From NCBI RefSeq assembly GCF_001194135.2, contig NC_069003.1, positions 37,138,061 to 37,202,060 on the forward strand: 64,000 nt of DNA, in the 5' to 3' direction. The notes beneath the pieces were generated by a model. It was not told where the DNA came from. It searched no databases and saw only the letters and a list, made by a program, of their open reading frames with translations. The stretch is from Octopus bimaculoides (lineage: Eukaryota). The position numbers were made by a program, and so were the translations under genes. Position 1 is the stretch's first letter; every line of letters starts with the position of its first letter. Shown one piece after another: positions 62,945 through 64,000 of the stretch.

Positions 62945-64000
62945 TTTGTGTGTGTGTGTTTAGAAGCTGAGTTCAGAACTAAAAAAAAAAATTTAGATCA
63001 TTCAACATACCCATATGAGAAGATATCTATCATGAGCCAATGAGGGAGCCTCTACACGATTACTTGATATGCCAGAAATAGCAACCAAATCTCCCTTAAA
63101 TCACACTTTACCGTCTTAATAGAAAAGGACACATTGTTGTAACTGGAGATACACTGTGCCTGAAAAAAAAAATAAATGGGTCCATCACAGTTGGAATGCC
63201 TAAAGAGCTAAGGGGCTAAAGAACAACATCAACATTCCTTGTACTCTCCACACAATTGGTGACCCCTAACCAGCCTGTTGTTTGAATACAAGATTATGAT
63301 TCTGTACCCTAAAAGTAAACAATGGTATTTTGACCCCTTACAACTCACAGGGCCAGTTACCCACTTTCCATAACATGTAAGTGACCAAGATCACAACATT
63401 CTCAACAGAACAGGGCAGCCCCACATCACAGATCAGAGAAAGAGCAACTGAAGGTTTTTGCTCAACACAGTGTATTGCCCAGTCTGGGAACTGAAACCCT
63501 GATGTTACAATCCTAATTGCAATACCCTAGCCACTAGGCCACACACCTTCACTCAAAATAAACAAAACACCCATCCTTACCTAAGAGCTGAAAACTCCCC
63601 AAAGGAATGTGGATTTCTCATTATCCCTAATAAAAACAAACCCTGATATAACACCATCATACACACACACATGCAGATATATAAAAGAGGCTTCTTTCAG
63701 TTTCCATCTACCAAATCCACTTACATAACTTTGGTCTGCCCGAGGCCATAGTAGAAGACACGTGCCCAAGATGCCATGCAGTGAGATTGAACCCTGAACC
63801 ATGTGGTTTAGAAGCCAACTACCACACAGCTGTGCCTCTACCTCTGCTAAATAGCTGATATTATTCCAGCTTGTGTTCCATGTTCAGTTTATCTCTCCCT
63901 CTCTTTCTTTCTCTCTCATTATCTGTGGAGACATGTCTTATCTTTTGTAACCAATTTCTGAGTTTTATGAATATCAATGTATTTGTCATCCAACTAAACA

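Overview
This is eukaryotic (animal) genomic DNA from a gappy short-read assembly. It has very dense di/tri/tetranucleotide microsatellites, about 20 N-gaps and many SINE/LINE copies. The repeat landscape resembles a coleoid cephalopod (Octopus-like), but that is inference. I rebuilt two convergent spliced genes by hand from GT-AG junctions with consistent phases. (1) On the + strand, about 4.6-32.4 kb, is a large uncharacterised gene with at least 9 coding exons and at least ~2,070 aa. It is mostly low-complexity, has coiled-coil segments, and carries three copies of a 16-aa motif, [LIM]T[ED]xFx[KRH]K[LIM]x[EQ]WEx[LIM]K. (2) On the - strand, 57.5-50.5 kb, is an RNF144-type RBR E3 ubiquitin ligase (RING1-IBR-RING2 plus C-terminal TM). 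Seven exons are visible and one is probably hidden in a gap. Introns and intergenic DNA hold fossils of L1/Tx1, RTE, R4/Dong and Penelope retroelements and a MULE transposase, plus several SINE-like families and two minisatellites. The most unusual structural feature is a ~540-bp intronic foldback whose arm mismatches are biased toward G-U pairs on the sense strand. There is no prokaryotic system or CRISPR array. Most ORFs in the supplied track are microsatellite or gap artefacts. No database searches were run, so family names come from recalled motifs.
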